Positions 53,158 to 61,514 of a stretch of 64,000 nt of DNA are shown here, in pieces. The stretch lies in NCBI GenBank assembly GCA_040384705.1, contig JAZKIU010000001.1, positions 542,053 through 606,052 on the forward strand, written 5' to 3'. Within the stretch, counting starts at the first letter, position 1. Each line of letters opens with the position of its first letter. The notes under the pieces are model-generated. The model searched no databases. It saw only the letters and a list, made by a program, of their open reading frames with translations, and had not been told where the DNA came from. The DNA comes from Patescibacteria group bacterium (lineage in GTDB: Bacteria; Patescibacteriota; Minisyncoccia; Phycocordibacterales; Phycocordibacteraceae). A program made the position numbers and the translations under genes.

Positions 53158-54060
53158 CTACGACGTCCTATCCAAGAGCTTCTGCACCGCTGCGGTCACT
53201 ATCGGCAGCATATCGTCATAGAAATTGAGGTCGAGGATGTCCTGGAGGCGGAACCACTTCGTATCATCGAGCCCGCCCTTCCCGGCCTCGAGCTTGAGCG
53301 GGACGTATTCGGAGCGCGCGAGGAAATAGATGACATGCTTCCGGAACTTCCCCTTCTCCGGGTGCGAGGCGACGTACTCGTTCTCTCCCACCTGCTCCTC
53401 GATGACGATATCGACGCCCATCTCCTCCTTTATCTCCCGGATGGTGCCTTCCTCCGCGTTCTCCCCTTCCTCGAGCTTCCCCTTCGAGAGCGTCCAATGG
53501 CCGAACACGTCGTGCACGAGCGCGAGATAGTACTGGCCCTCGTGCTTGGCATACACGACCGCGCCGCCGAGCCGCTCGACACGCATGTCCTCGTACCGCA
53601 TCTTCGACTTATCCTTCTTACCGGTCTCTTCCTTGCCGGGTTCGCCCAGCTCCTTATACACGGCACCGAGCACGCCGTTCACGAAGCGTCCCGAGGAGTC
53701 CCCACCGAACACTTTCGCGAGCTCGATAGCCTCGTTGATAGCGACCTTGGCCGGGACCTGCGCGCGGTCCGCGAACAGAAGCTCGAACAGGCCTATGCGC
53801 AGGATATTGCGGTCGACTGGCGCAATGCGGTCGAGCGGCCAATCAGGCGCTGCCTTCGTTATGACGAGGTCGAGATCCTCTTTCTTCGCGAGCACTCCCT
53901 TCAAAAGGGTTTCCATGAATGGCTTATCGGTATCATCCCCGCCGAATTCCTCGACGTTCCGCAGGAGCATTACATCCGCTTCGGAAACATCGGCACCCGT
54001 AGTGTCCCACTCGAAGAGCGTTTGTAGGACGACGGAACGTGCGAGATGTCGGTTAGCCAT
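53158..54060 (-). CDS. nusB: NusB-like antitermination domain fused to a C-terminal NUDIX hydrolase domain
   Basis: N-terminus ARSVVLQTLFEWD...DRNILRIGLFELLF...AINEAIELAKVFGGDSSGRFVNGVLGAV is NusB. C-terminus has Nudix box GKLEEGENAEEGTIREIKEEMGV. Confidence 0.8.
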   Translation of the reverse strand: MANRHLARSVVLQTLFEWDTTGADVSEADVMLLRNVEEFGGDDTDKPFMETLLKGVLAKKEDLDLVITKAAPDWPLDRIAPVDRNILRIGLFELLFADRAQVPAKVAINEAIELAKVFGGDSSGRFVNGVLGAVYKELGEPGKEETGKKDKSKMRYEDMRVERLGGAVVYAKHEGQYYLALVHDVFGHWTLSKGKLEEGENAEEGTIREIKEEMGVDIVIEEQVGENEYVASHPEKGKFRKHVIYFLARSEYVPLKLEAGKGGLDDTKWFRLQDILDLNFYDDMLPIVTAAVQKLLDRTS

Positions 54061-54137
54061 ATGGAAAGAACGTATCCATACAATACACCCGACATGATGA
54101 AAGATACTAGTAGCGGGTGGTGTGAATAAAAGATAAA

Positions 54138-54175
54138 AGAAAAAGCCGAGGACGAACCTCGGCTTTTTCTTTCTC
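54138..54175. terminator. Bidirectional intrinsic terminator (AGCCGAGG-acgaa-CCTCGGCT with A5/T5 flanks)
   Basis: Hairpin with flanking A-run and T-run, immediately downstream of rpmF. Confidence 0.8.
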
Positions 54176-54186
54176 TATCGAGTGGC

Positions 54187-54543
54187 TTATGCGCCGCCGC
54201 CGAAACCGGAGCGCGACTTCGCCTTGCCCTTGGTCATGCGACCGATGAGGCCCTGCTTCTTCTCCTTGGAATCCTCGACGGTGTGCTTCTCCTCGTGGAC
54301 CGGCTGCTTTGCGCCGAGCTCGAGGTCGGCGTTGTCCTTCTGGTTGCGATCCTTGCGCTTCTTGTCCTCCTTGAGTGCTTTCTTGCGCTCGGGCACGATG
54401 AGCTTGCCGCGGTACATTCCCGTAGCTTCATCGATGCGGTGCGGGAGGCGGAGGTTGCCGCTCTCCTTATCTTTCACGACCTTAGTAGCCGTCAGAGCGT
54501 GGTGGCTCCGGCGGTTCTTGGTATGCGAACTGGTGTGGCGCAT
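54187..54543 (-). CDS. rpmF: 50S ribosomal protein L32 with long Lys-rich C-terminal extension
   Basis: MRHTSSHTKNRRSHHALTA..LRLPHRIDEATGMYRGKLIV matches L32. About 65 extra basic residues at the C-terminus. Confidence 0.8.
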   Translation of the reverse strand: MRHTSSHTKNRRSHHALTATKVVKDKESGNLRLPHRIDEATGMYRGKLIVPERKKALKEDKKRKDRNQKDNADLELGAKQPVHEEKHTVEDSKEKKQGLIGRMTKGKAKSRSGFGGGA

Positions 54544-54991
54544 TCGTACTGACATAGGCCCTACCCTACCACACGGCCTTTTTCCTGGCTAGCGTTGCGC
54601 ACCCTTGGCACTTGCGGAAACGTGTAGGTGTGGGAATGTGAGATTAGCTACCGTCTGGAGAGAATCACTTGACCACGGCAGCCGTTCGCTGGCCCACGTT
54701 GGGTTCACAGAAGCCACTATCGAAGCCATGAGAGCTGAGATGAAGACTGAAGCGAATATTGACACTGTTGTTCTCGTCATCGAAAAAGGGGATGAGCTTC
54801 TGAACTTTTCCGTTGAGGTGGACGATCATCTTCCTCCTCCGGACGACTAGCACCTTTGGGGCTAGTCAACCCCCAGGATGCTGGGCTATATGAGCATCCA
54901 CTGCCAAAGTCCCTCGCCGATGCAGCGCTTGCGCCCGCTCAGTGAACCGGACAAAGGGTCGCGCGAATACTTTCGTGCGGCCCTTTCGGAT

Positions 54992-55573
54992 TTAGATATT
55001 TCGTAGGAATGAGCGACGATGCTCGATACAGGGACCGTGAGCCCGAATGAGTGCGATGTGCGTTTTCGTACCGTACCCCTTGTGCTGTTCGAATCCATAG
55101 AGCGGATACGTTTCTGCAAGCTTCACCATCATGCGATCACGCGTCACCTTCGCAGCGATAGAGGCGAGCATGATGGAAGGCACAATGCCGTCGCCTCCTA
55201 TTACCGTCTCCTGCTCGTATTCGGCCGGCGCCTTGAGCGAACCATCGAGCCACACCTTCCCTTCTTCGGGCGTGGGGAGGAGTTTCGTAACCCCCGTCAT
55301 TACCGCATGCCGTATCGCGGGCGCGATGCCTCCCTTATCTATGTTCGCTGCTGACACGAGCTGCACGCTCGCACGCACGTTTCCTGCCTTTATTTGTTCT
55401 TGAAGTATCTGAAATAATGCTTCGCGCTTTTTCTCCGAGAGTTTCTTGGAATCGTTAAGTCCTGGGAATACTGCAAGGATGTCGTACCCTTCAGCGACCG
55501 CGATGATGCCGACCGATACCGGTCCTGCGAGCGGCCCGCGACCCGCTTCATCCACCCCTACGACCCATTTCAT
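54992..55573 (-). CDS. rnhB: Ribonuclease HII
   Basis: VVGVDEAGRGPLAGPV catalytic motif. ATG 55573. The upstream extension of the listed ORF would overlap dnaE. Confidence 0.9.
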   Translation of the reverse strand: MKWVVGVDEAGRGPLAGPVSVGIIAVAEGYDILAVFPGLNDSKKLSEKKREALFQILQEQIKAGNVRASVQLVSAANIDKGGIAPAIRHAVMTGVTKLLPTPEEGKVWLDGSLKAPAEYEQETVIGGDGIVPSIMLASIAAKVTRDRMMVKLAETYPLYGFEQHKGYGTKTHIALIRAHGPCIEHRRSFLRNI

Positions 55574-55615
55574 CGATGAATCATAGCAGTACTGAAATTT
55601 GCTATTGTGTACCCA

Positions 55616-58600
55616 ATGGCCGGCCGCTTCATCCATCTCCACACACATAGCCACTATTCCTTCCTCCAGGCTCTCCCGAAGGTGCCGGAACTCGTCAAAG
55701 CAGCCAAGGCAGCGGGCATGGACGCGCTCGGCATCACGGACGCCGGCAATATGCACGGCACCATCGAGTTCTATAAAGCTGCGGAGAAAGCGGGCATCAA
55801 TCCGATAATCGGGGTGGATGCGTATCTCGCGCCCGGGTCACGCAAGGATGTGGGAGCAACGGAGATAGGAGGTCGCACACGTCTCGTGCTCCTTGCGGAG
55901 AACAATGCGGGGTACCAGAACCTCATGGCGCTCATCACGAAGTCGTTCACCGAGGGATATAGCGAGCGGCCGCACATGGACCGCGAGATATTGCGCGAGC
56001 ACCATGATGGGCTCATCGCGCTCATCCCCTCGTTCGCGGGTACGGTGGCGCAATATCTGAAGCATGGAGATAAGGACGGGGCGGCGGCGGCACTCGCGGA
56101 ATACGTCAGCATATTCGGCGAAGGTAATGTGTTCCTCGAGATAACGCATCACCCGAAGGCCGACGGCCACATGAAGCGCATGGAAGATATCATCGCGCTA
56201 TCGAAGAGCTCAGGAGTCCCGCTCGTCGCCCAGCATGACGTCTACTACCTCAAGCCCGCCGACAGCGAAGCGACCGAGGTCATGCGCCGCATCGCGCACG
56301 GCACGAGCAGCAAGAACGAGGAGGAGGACTTCTCCTTCGTGAGCGAGGAGCAGATGCTGAAATGGTTCCCCGAGCACAAGGATGCGGTGCTGCGCTCGGG
56401 CGAGATAGCGGATAGGTGCAAAGTGGAGCTCAAGCTCGGGAGCTGGAACTTCCCCGCGGTCGATGTCGAGCCCGGCAAGACGCATGCGGAGATGCTCCGT
56501 GAGCGCACGTACGCAGGACTCTCTGGGCGCGGCATGGAGCGCTCCGAGGAAGCTGAGAAGCGCATCGAATATGAGCTTGATGTCATCATCGGCAAAGGCT
56601 TCGCTCCGTACTTCCTCGCGGTGTCGGACCTGCTCGCGTACGCACGCGCGAACGGCATCCTCACCACGACTCGAGGGTCTGCCGCAGGCTCGCTCGTCTC
56701 GTACCTCACGGGCATCACGAACGTGGACCCGCTCGAGTACAAGCTTCCCTTCGAGCGCTTCTTGAACCCGGAACGCCCGAAGGCGCCGGATATCGACATG
56801 GACTTCGCCGACGATAGGCGCGACGACATGATCGCGTATGCGAAGGCGAAGTACGGGGAGGATAGGGTGGCGCAGATAGGAACGTTCGGAACCATGATGG
56901 CGAGGGCTGCGGTGCGAGACGTGTCGCGCGCCTTGGGCCACGCATACCGCACCGGCGACCGCATAGCGAAATTGATACCGCTCGGCTCCCAAGGCTTCCC
57001 GATGACGATAACCCGCGCGCTCGAGCTCGAGCCGGAACTCAAGACCCTATATAACGAGGACGACGATACGAGAGAGATAATCGACCTCGCGAAGCGCATC
57101 GAGGGCTGCGTGCGCCATACGGGAGTGCACGCGGCGGGCGTGGTCATTTCGCCAACCCCGCTCACCGAATGGACGCCGCTCCAGGTGGACCCTAAGACCG
57201 GGAAGCTGATAACGCAGTACGACATGCATGCGGTCGAGGATGCTGGGCTCCTCAAGTTCGACTTCCTCGGCATCAAGAACCTCGCCATCCTCTCGGATGC
57301 GGTCGAGCGCGTGCGGGAGACCAAGGGCATTTACATAGACATCGAGAACGTTCCCATAAATGACAGCAAGACGTTTGCCATGCTCGCCCGCGGCGAGACG
57401 GAAGGCACGTTCCAGCTGAACGGTTCGGGAATGACCCGGTACCTCAAGGAGCTCCAGCCCACGAGCATCCACGACATCAACGCTATGGTGGCGCTCTACC
57501 GCCCAGGCCCGATGGAAACCATCCCGCAGTACATCGAGCGCAAGAAGAACCCGAAGCTCGTCCGCTATATGGACGAGCGCATGAAGGACTATCTCGATGC
57601 TTCGTACGGGCTCCTCGTGTACCAGGACGACGTGCTCCTGACCGCTATCACCCTCGGCGGGTACTCGTGGCTCGAGGCCGATACGCTCCGAAAGGCCATG
57701 GGTAAGAAGATCCCGGCGGAGATGGAAGCGCAGAAGGAGAAGCTCCTTAACGGCTTTATGGAATACGGGAAGCTTTCGAAAGAGAAAGCGGAGACTATCT
57801 GGAAGCTCATCGAGCCGTTCGCCGCCTACGGGTTCAACAAGGCGCATGCCGCCTGCTACGGGAAGGTCGCGTACCAGACCGCCTATATGAAGGCGAACTA
57901 TCCGGTCGAGTACATGGCGGCACTCCTTACCGCTGACGCAGGCGACACCGAAGCCATCGCCATCCTCGCCGCCGAGTGCGAACGCTTGAACATTCCCCTT
58001 CTCCCGCCTGATGTGAACGAGAGCGGTGCGGACTTCACGGTCGCTGGAGAGAACAAGGACACGGTCCGTTTCGGGCTTACCTCTATCAAGAACTTCGGTG
58101 AGGGCATTTCCCAAGCGCTCATTAAAGAAAGGAAAGAGAACGGCACCTTCAAGGATCTTTCTGATTTCCTTTCGCGCGTCGGTACGAAGAACCTGAATCG
58201 CAAGTCGCTCGAGTGCCTCATCAAGACCGGGGCGTTGGATCGCTTCGGTGAGCGCGGCCATCTGCTCACCCACATCGAGAAGCTGCTTACCTTCCATCGG
58301 GATGCGACTGCCGAAGCGCCCCAGGATTCCCTCTTCGGCGCGTCGTTCGGTACGCCCGTTCTCACGCTTCCGCCTCCATCAGGCGAGACGTCCCTTTCCG
58401 AGAAACTGCTTTGGGAGAAAGATTTGCTCGGTATCTATGTGTCGGGCCATCCGCTCGATGCGCATACCGCGACCATGACGAAAGCAGGGCTCACCATCGG
58501 CCAACTGCTTGAGGAGCCACAGCCAGGACGGCTCGTAATCCTTCCGGTGCTCGTACAGGAAGTCCGCACCGTGCTCACTAAGACCGGAGAGAAGATGGCG

Positions 58601-58771
58601 TTCCTGCGCTTCGAGGATAAGTCGGCATCGATAGAGGCAGTGGCGTTCCCGAAGCTGTACAAGGAACATGGGCATCTCATTGCTGCGGGTAACTGCCTCC
58701 TCATCAAGGGAACGGTATCGAACAGGAACGGGGAGACGAGCATCGCGATAGATAACCTGAAGGCGCTGTGA
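55616..58771 (+). CDS. dnaE: DNA polymerase III alpha subunit (compact)
   Basis: N-terminal PHP domain (HLHTHSHYS), polymerase core and OB-fold regions collinear with DnaE. ATG 55616; GTG 55607 also possible. Confidence 0.9.
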   Translation: MAGRFIHLHTHSHYSFLQALPKVPELVKAAKAAGMDALGITDAGNMHGTIEFYKAAEKAGINPIIGVDAYLAPGSRKDVGATEIGGRTRLVLLAENNAGYQNLMALITKSFTEGYSERPHMDREILREHHDGLIALIPSFAGTVAQYLKHGDKDGAAAALAEYVSIFGEGNVFLEITHHPKADGHMKRMEDIIALSKSSGVPLVAQHDVYYLKPADSEATEVMRRIAHGTSSKNEEEDFSFVSEEQMLKWFPEHKDAVLRSGEIADRCKVELKLGSWNFPAVDVEPGKTHAEMLRERTYAGLSGRGMERSEEAEKRIEYELDVIIGKGFAPYFLAVSDLLAYARANGILTTTRGSAAGSLVSYLTGITNVDPLEYKLPFERFLNPERPKAPDIDMDFADDRRDDMIAYAKAKYGEDRVAQIGTFGTMMARAAVRDVSRALGHAYRTGDRIAKLIPLGSQGFPMTITRALELEPELKTLYNEDDDTREIIDLAKRIEGCVRHTGVHAAGVVISPTPLTEWTPLQVDPKTGKLITQYDMHAVEDAGLLKFDFLGIKNLAILSDAVERVRETKGIYIDIENVPINDSKTFAMLARGETEGTFQLNGSGMTRYLKELQPTSIHDINAMVALYRPGPMETIPQYIERKKNPKLVRYMDERMKDYLDASYGLLVYQDDVLLTAITLGGYSWLEADTLRKAMGKKIPAEMEAQKEKLLNGFMEYGKLSKEKAETIWKLIEPFAAYGFNKAHAACYGKVAYQTAYMKANYPVEYMAALLTADAGDTEAIAILAAECERLNIPLLPPDVNESGADFTVAGENKDTVRFGLTSIKNFGEGISQALIKERKENGTFKDLSDFLSRVGTKNLNRKSLECLIKTGALDRFGERGHLLTHIEKLLTFHRDATAEAPQDSLFGASFGTPVLTLPPPSGETSLSEKLLWEKDLLGIYVSGHPLDAHTATMTKAGLTIGQLLEEPQPGRLVILPVLVQEVRTVLTKTGEKMAFLRFEDKSASIEAVAFPKLYKEHGHLIAAGNCLLIKGTVSNRNGETSIAIDNLKAL

Positions 58772-58824
58772 TATATAGAGATGGGAATTTGTATTGGCTG
58801 TAACCAAGGGCGAGGAGTACATCA

Positions 58825-59037
58825 ATGAGTCTCAAGCCTCACAGACCGGCAAGCAGGATCGGGTCGATGGGCAACCCATCGACCTCCGGGCGCGCCTCCC
58901 AACCGACACATTCGGGAGACGACGATTCGGAGTTCCAGCTCGGCTACCCGCTTCACGGCGGCAGCTACGGCGCGAAGGACGACCTGGACGCCGCTCCCAT
59001 GCATGGAAGCGGGTACGGATCTCCTGGCCAGTTCTAG
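58825..59037 (+). CDS. Hypothetical small Gly/Ser-rich protein
   Basis: ORF with GGCGAGGAG RBS; low complexity. Confidence 0.3.
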   Translation: MSLKPHRPASRIGSMGNPSTSGRASQPTHSGDDDSEFQLGYPLHGGSYGAKDDLDAAPMHGSGYGSPGQF

Positions 59038-59101
59038 CGTGCGTACGCGGCGACCTCCTCTGGGGGCCGCCGCAAACGTTTATATGCTATCCTCATTTTC
59101 A

Positions 59102-60847
59102 ATGGCATCCCTCGAAGAAAAGCGCCACACGCTGGCCCACTTGCTCGCAGCAAGCGTCCTTGAACGGTATCCGCACGCCAAAGCAACCATTGGTCCTGCG
59201 ATAGACACCGGTTTCTATTACGACTTCGACTTCGCGGGCGGGAAGGCTCCCGGCGAAGCGGAGCTTGCCGAGCTCCAGTCCTCGATGGAGGAACTCCTTC
59301 CCTCCTGGACCGACATGTCGGGAACGGAGGTCTCGGAAGCCGATGCGCGCGACCGCTTCAAGGGCAATCAATACAAGCTCGAGATACTCGATGGCATTAC
59401 CGCTAGCGGCGACACCATCACGCTCTATACCGCAGGCAACTTCACCGACCTGTGCCGCGGCGGGCACTGCGACCATCCGGCGCACGAGATAAAAGCAGGC
59501 ACGTTCGAACTTGAACGTATTGCGGGCGCATACTGGCGCGGGGACGAGAAGAACCCGATGCTCACCCGCATCTATGGTCTCGCGTTTGATACGAAAGAAG
59601 AGCTCGAAGCATATAAGGAGCAGCGCGAGGAGGCGAAGAAGCGCGATCATAAGAAGCTTGGGAAGGAGCTCGACCTCTTCGTGTTCTCGGAACTCGTGGG
59701 TCCAGGACTTCCCCTTTGGACGCCGAAGGGTACGCTCGTACGCAACCTGCTCGATGATTTCGTATGGAGCCTCCGTGCGAGCGAGGGATACGAGAAAGTC
59801 GAAATCCCCCACATCACGAAGAAGGATTTGTATGAAGTATCCGGGCACTGGGACAAGTTCAAGGACGAGCTCTTCCGCATAACCACGCGCGAGGACCACG
59901 AGTTCGCGATGAAGCCGATGAATTGCCCGCACCACACGCAGATATACGCGCGTAAGCAGTGGAGCTACCGCGAGCTGCCCCAGCGCTATTCCAATACGAC
60001 CGCCTGCTACCGGGACGAGCAGTCCGGCGAGCTCTCCGGGCTCTCCCGCGTCCGTGCTTTCTCCCAGGACGATGCGCACGTATTCTGCCGCACGCAGGAC
60101 GTCAAAGCGGAGTTCCTCAAGGTCTGGGACATCATCCATGCCTTCTACCCTGCCTTCGGGTTCGAGCTCAAGGTACGGCTCTCGACCCACGATCCCGAGC
60201 ACCCTGAGAACTATCTGGGCGACGCTACGGTATGGGAGAAGTCCGAAGCGATGCTGAGGGAAATAGTTGAGGAGAAGGGCGTCGAGGCGGAAGCGGGCGT
60301 GGGCGAGGCCGCTTTCTACGGACCGAAGCTCGATTTCATGGCGCATGACTCCATCGGGCGCCGGTGGCAGGTCGCGACCATCCAGCTCGACATGAACCAG
60401 CCGGAGCGCTTCGACCTGTTCTGCATAAACGAGCAGGGCGAGAAGGAACGGATCGTGATGATACACGCCGCTATCATGGGCTCCATCGAGCGCTTCCTTT
60501 CGGTGCTCATCGAACACACTGCCGGCAACTTCCCCGTCTGGCTCTCCCCCGTCCAGGCACGCGTCCTCCCTATCTCAGGCGACAAGCATGGCGCGTACGC
60601 CGCTGAAGTAGTGAAAGCCCTTAAGGAGGCGGGCATCCGCGCCGATGTCGATGATGCGAACGAATCCCTCGGCAAGAAGATACGCAACGCGAAGGGCGAG
60701 AAGATCCCCTACATGCTCGTCGTGGGCGATGCAGAAATGGAGGCAGGTACCCTATCGGTAGAAAGCCGTGACGAAGGAAAGCTCGATGCGATGAAGACGG
60801 AGGATTTCACAAAGCGGGCGCAAGAAGAGATTCGTGCTCGCGCATAG
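59102..60847 (+). CDS. thrS: Threonyl-tRNA synthetase lacking the N-terminal TGS domain
   Basis: Begins at the editing (second additional) domain (HLLAASVLERYPHAKATIGPAIDTGFYYDFD, cf. E. coli [33 protein letters not shown]). Class II motifs and anticodon-binding domain present. Confidence 0.9.
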   Translation: MASLEEKRHTLAHLLAASVLERYPHAKATIGPAIDTGFYYDFDFAGGKAPGEAELAELQSSMEELLPSWTDMSGTEVSEADARDRFKGNQYKLEILDGITASGDTITLYTAGNFTDLCRGGHCDHPAHEIKAGTFELERIAGAYWRGDEKNPMLTRIYGLAFDTKEELEAYKEQREEAKKRDHKKLGKELDLFVFSELVGPGLPLWTPKGTLVRNLLDDFVWSLRASEGYEKVEIPHITKKDLYEVSGHWDKFKDELFRITTREDHEFAMKPMNCPHHTQIYARKQWSYRELPQRYSNTTACYRDEQSGELSGLSRVRAFSQDDAHVFCRTQDVKAEFLKVWDIIHAFYPAFGFELKVRLSTHDPEHPENYLGDATVWEKSEAMLREIVEEKGVEAEAGVGEAAFYGPKLDFMAHDSIGRRWQVATIQLDMNQPERFDLFCINEQGEKERIVMIHAAIMGSIERFLSVLIEHTAGNFPVWLSPVQARVLPISGDKHGAYAAEVVKALKEAGIRADVDDANESLGKKIRNAKGEKIPYMLVVGDAEMEAGTLSVESRDEGKLDAMKTEDFTKRAQEEIRARA

Positions 60848-60863
60848 TATCTATAGAAATCGA

Positions 60864-60900
60864 AAGGGCCGGCCCGCTGCGTGCGGGTCGGCCCTTTTGG
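60864..60900 (+). terminator. Intrinsic terminator after thrS
   Basis: GGGCCGGCCCGC-tgcgt-GCGGGTCGGCCC + TTTT. Confidence 0.75.
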
Positions 60901-60910
60901 GACTTTTCGA

Positions 60911-61099
60911 TCAGGGCTGGAAAGACAGGTCTCCTTGTTTTGCCGCTTCCCGTTCGGCTTCCCAGACAGGGCGCTGCTGCGCGATGTCATACTCGAACCA
61001 AGCTCCGTACAGCGGCAGTCCCGCAACCCAAACCAAGGCGGCGATGATCCACAGGATATGGATGTAGCGCTCGGGAACTTCTTGTGCGTAGTTTTTCAC
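60911..61099 (-). CDS. Small membrane peptide 3 (62 aa, GTG start)
   Basis: GGGAGGG SD 4 nt before GTG; one TM helix (IHILWIIAALVWVAGLPLYGAWF). Third of three tandem peptides. Confidence 0.4.
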   Translation of the reverse strand: MKNYAQEVPERYIHILWIIAALVWVAGLPLYGAWFEYDIAQQRPVWEAEREAAKQGDLSFQP

Positions 61100-61110
61100 G
61101 ATACCCTCCC

Positions 61111-61287
61111 CTAGCGCTTGGCGGGATAGGAAGTGAATTCGACGAGCTGCTCGTTGAAGTCGCTCGCCTTGCTCAGGCACATTTCCTTGATCGGTGGCAG
61201 CACAAAGGCCACAAAACCGGCCGCTCCGACCGCAAGGATGATGTAGAGGAACGCCTTAGGAACGTCCCCGTGGTCAGTCGATTGCAT
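61111..61287 (-). CDS. Small membrane peptide 2 (58 aa)
   Basis: GGGAGGAGACA SD before ATG 61287; product MQSTDHGDVPKAFLYIILAVGAAGFVAFVLPPIKEMCLSKASDFNEQLVEFTSYPAKR (hand-translated, below the ORF-track length cutoff). Confidence 0.45.
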   Translation of the reverse strand: MQSTDHGDVPKAFLYIILAVGAAGFVAFVLPPIKEMCLSKASDFNEQLVEFTSYPAKR

Positions 61288-61307
61288 TGTCTCCTCCCAG
61301 AGAATTA

Positions 61308-61418
61308 TCAGAATGTGCAGGCCAGGGCGACTCCAAGGAGTATCGACCCGACCAGAACGATGTAGTGGATGATGGTAGCGAGCGTATCCGTTGAGGGACC
61401 GCGGATGATGTTAGCCAT
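61308..61418 (-). CDS. Small membrane peptide 1 (36 aa)
   Basis: AGGGGGTAG SD before ATG 61418; product MANIIRGPSTDTLATIIHYIVLVGSILLGVALACTF (hand-translated). Confidence 0.4.
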   Translation of the reverse strand: MANIIRGPSTDTLATIIHYIVLVGSILLGVALACTF

Positions 61419-61465
61419 GTGACTACCCCCTGCTATCCGTCACGAGCATACTCCCCTTAGGGAAA

Positions 61466-61503
61466 AAGAAAAGCCGCTTCCTCTCGGAAGCGGCTTTTCT
61501 TCG
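61466..61503. terminator. Bidirectional intrinsic terminator downstream of surface-protein gene
   Basis: AAAAGCCGCTTCC-tctcg-GGAAGCGGCTTTT with flanking A/T runs. Confidence 0.7.
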
Positions 61504-61514
61504 GAACGTCTTGC

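Noticed and set aside
52324-54027. 567-aa + strand ORF spanning the NUDIX and NusB-NUDIX genes
   Set aside because: Antisense to two genes with clear motifs. The translation has no motifs and is Arg/Leu-rich
54560-54990. Possible stable RNA between rpmF and rnhB (GC-rich, hairpins, small doubtful ORF 54605-54850)
   Set aside because: No recognisable RNA-family signature or terminator. Could simply be promoter or leader region. Left unannotated
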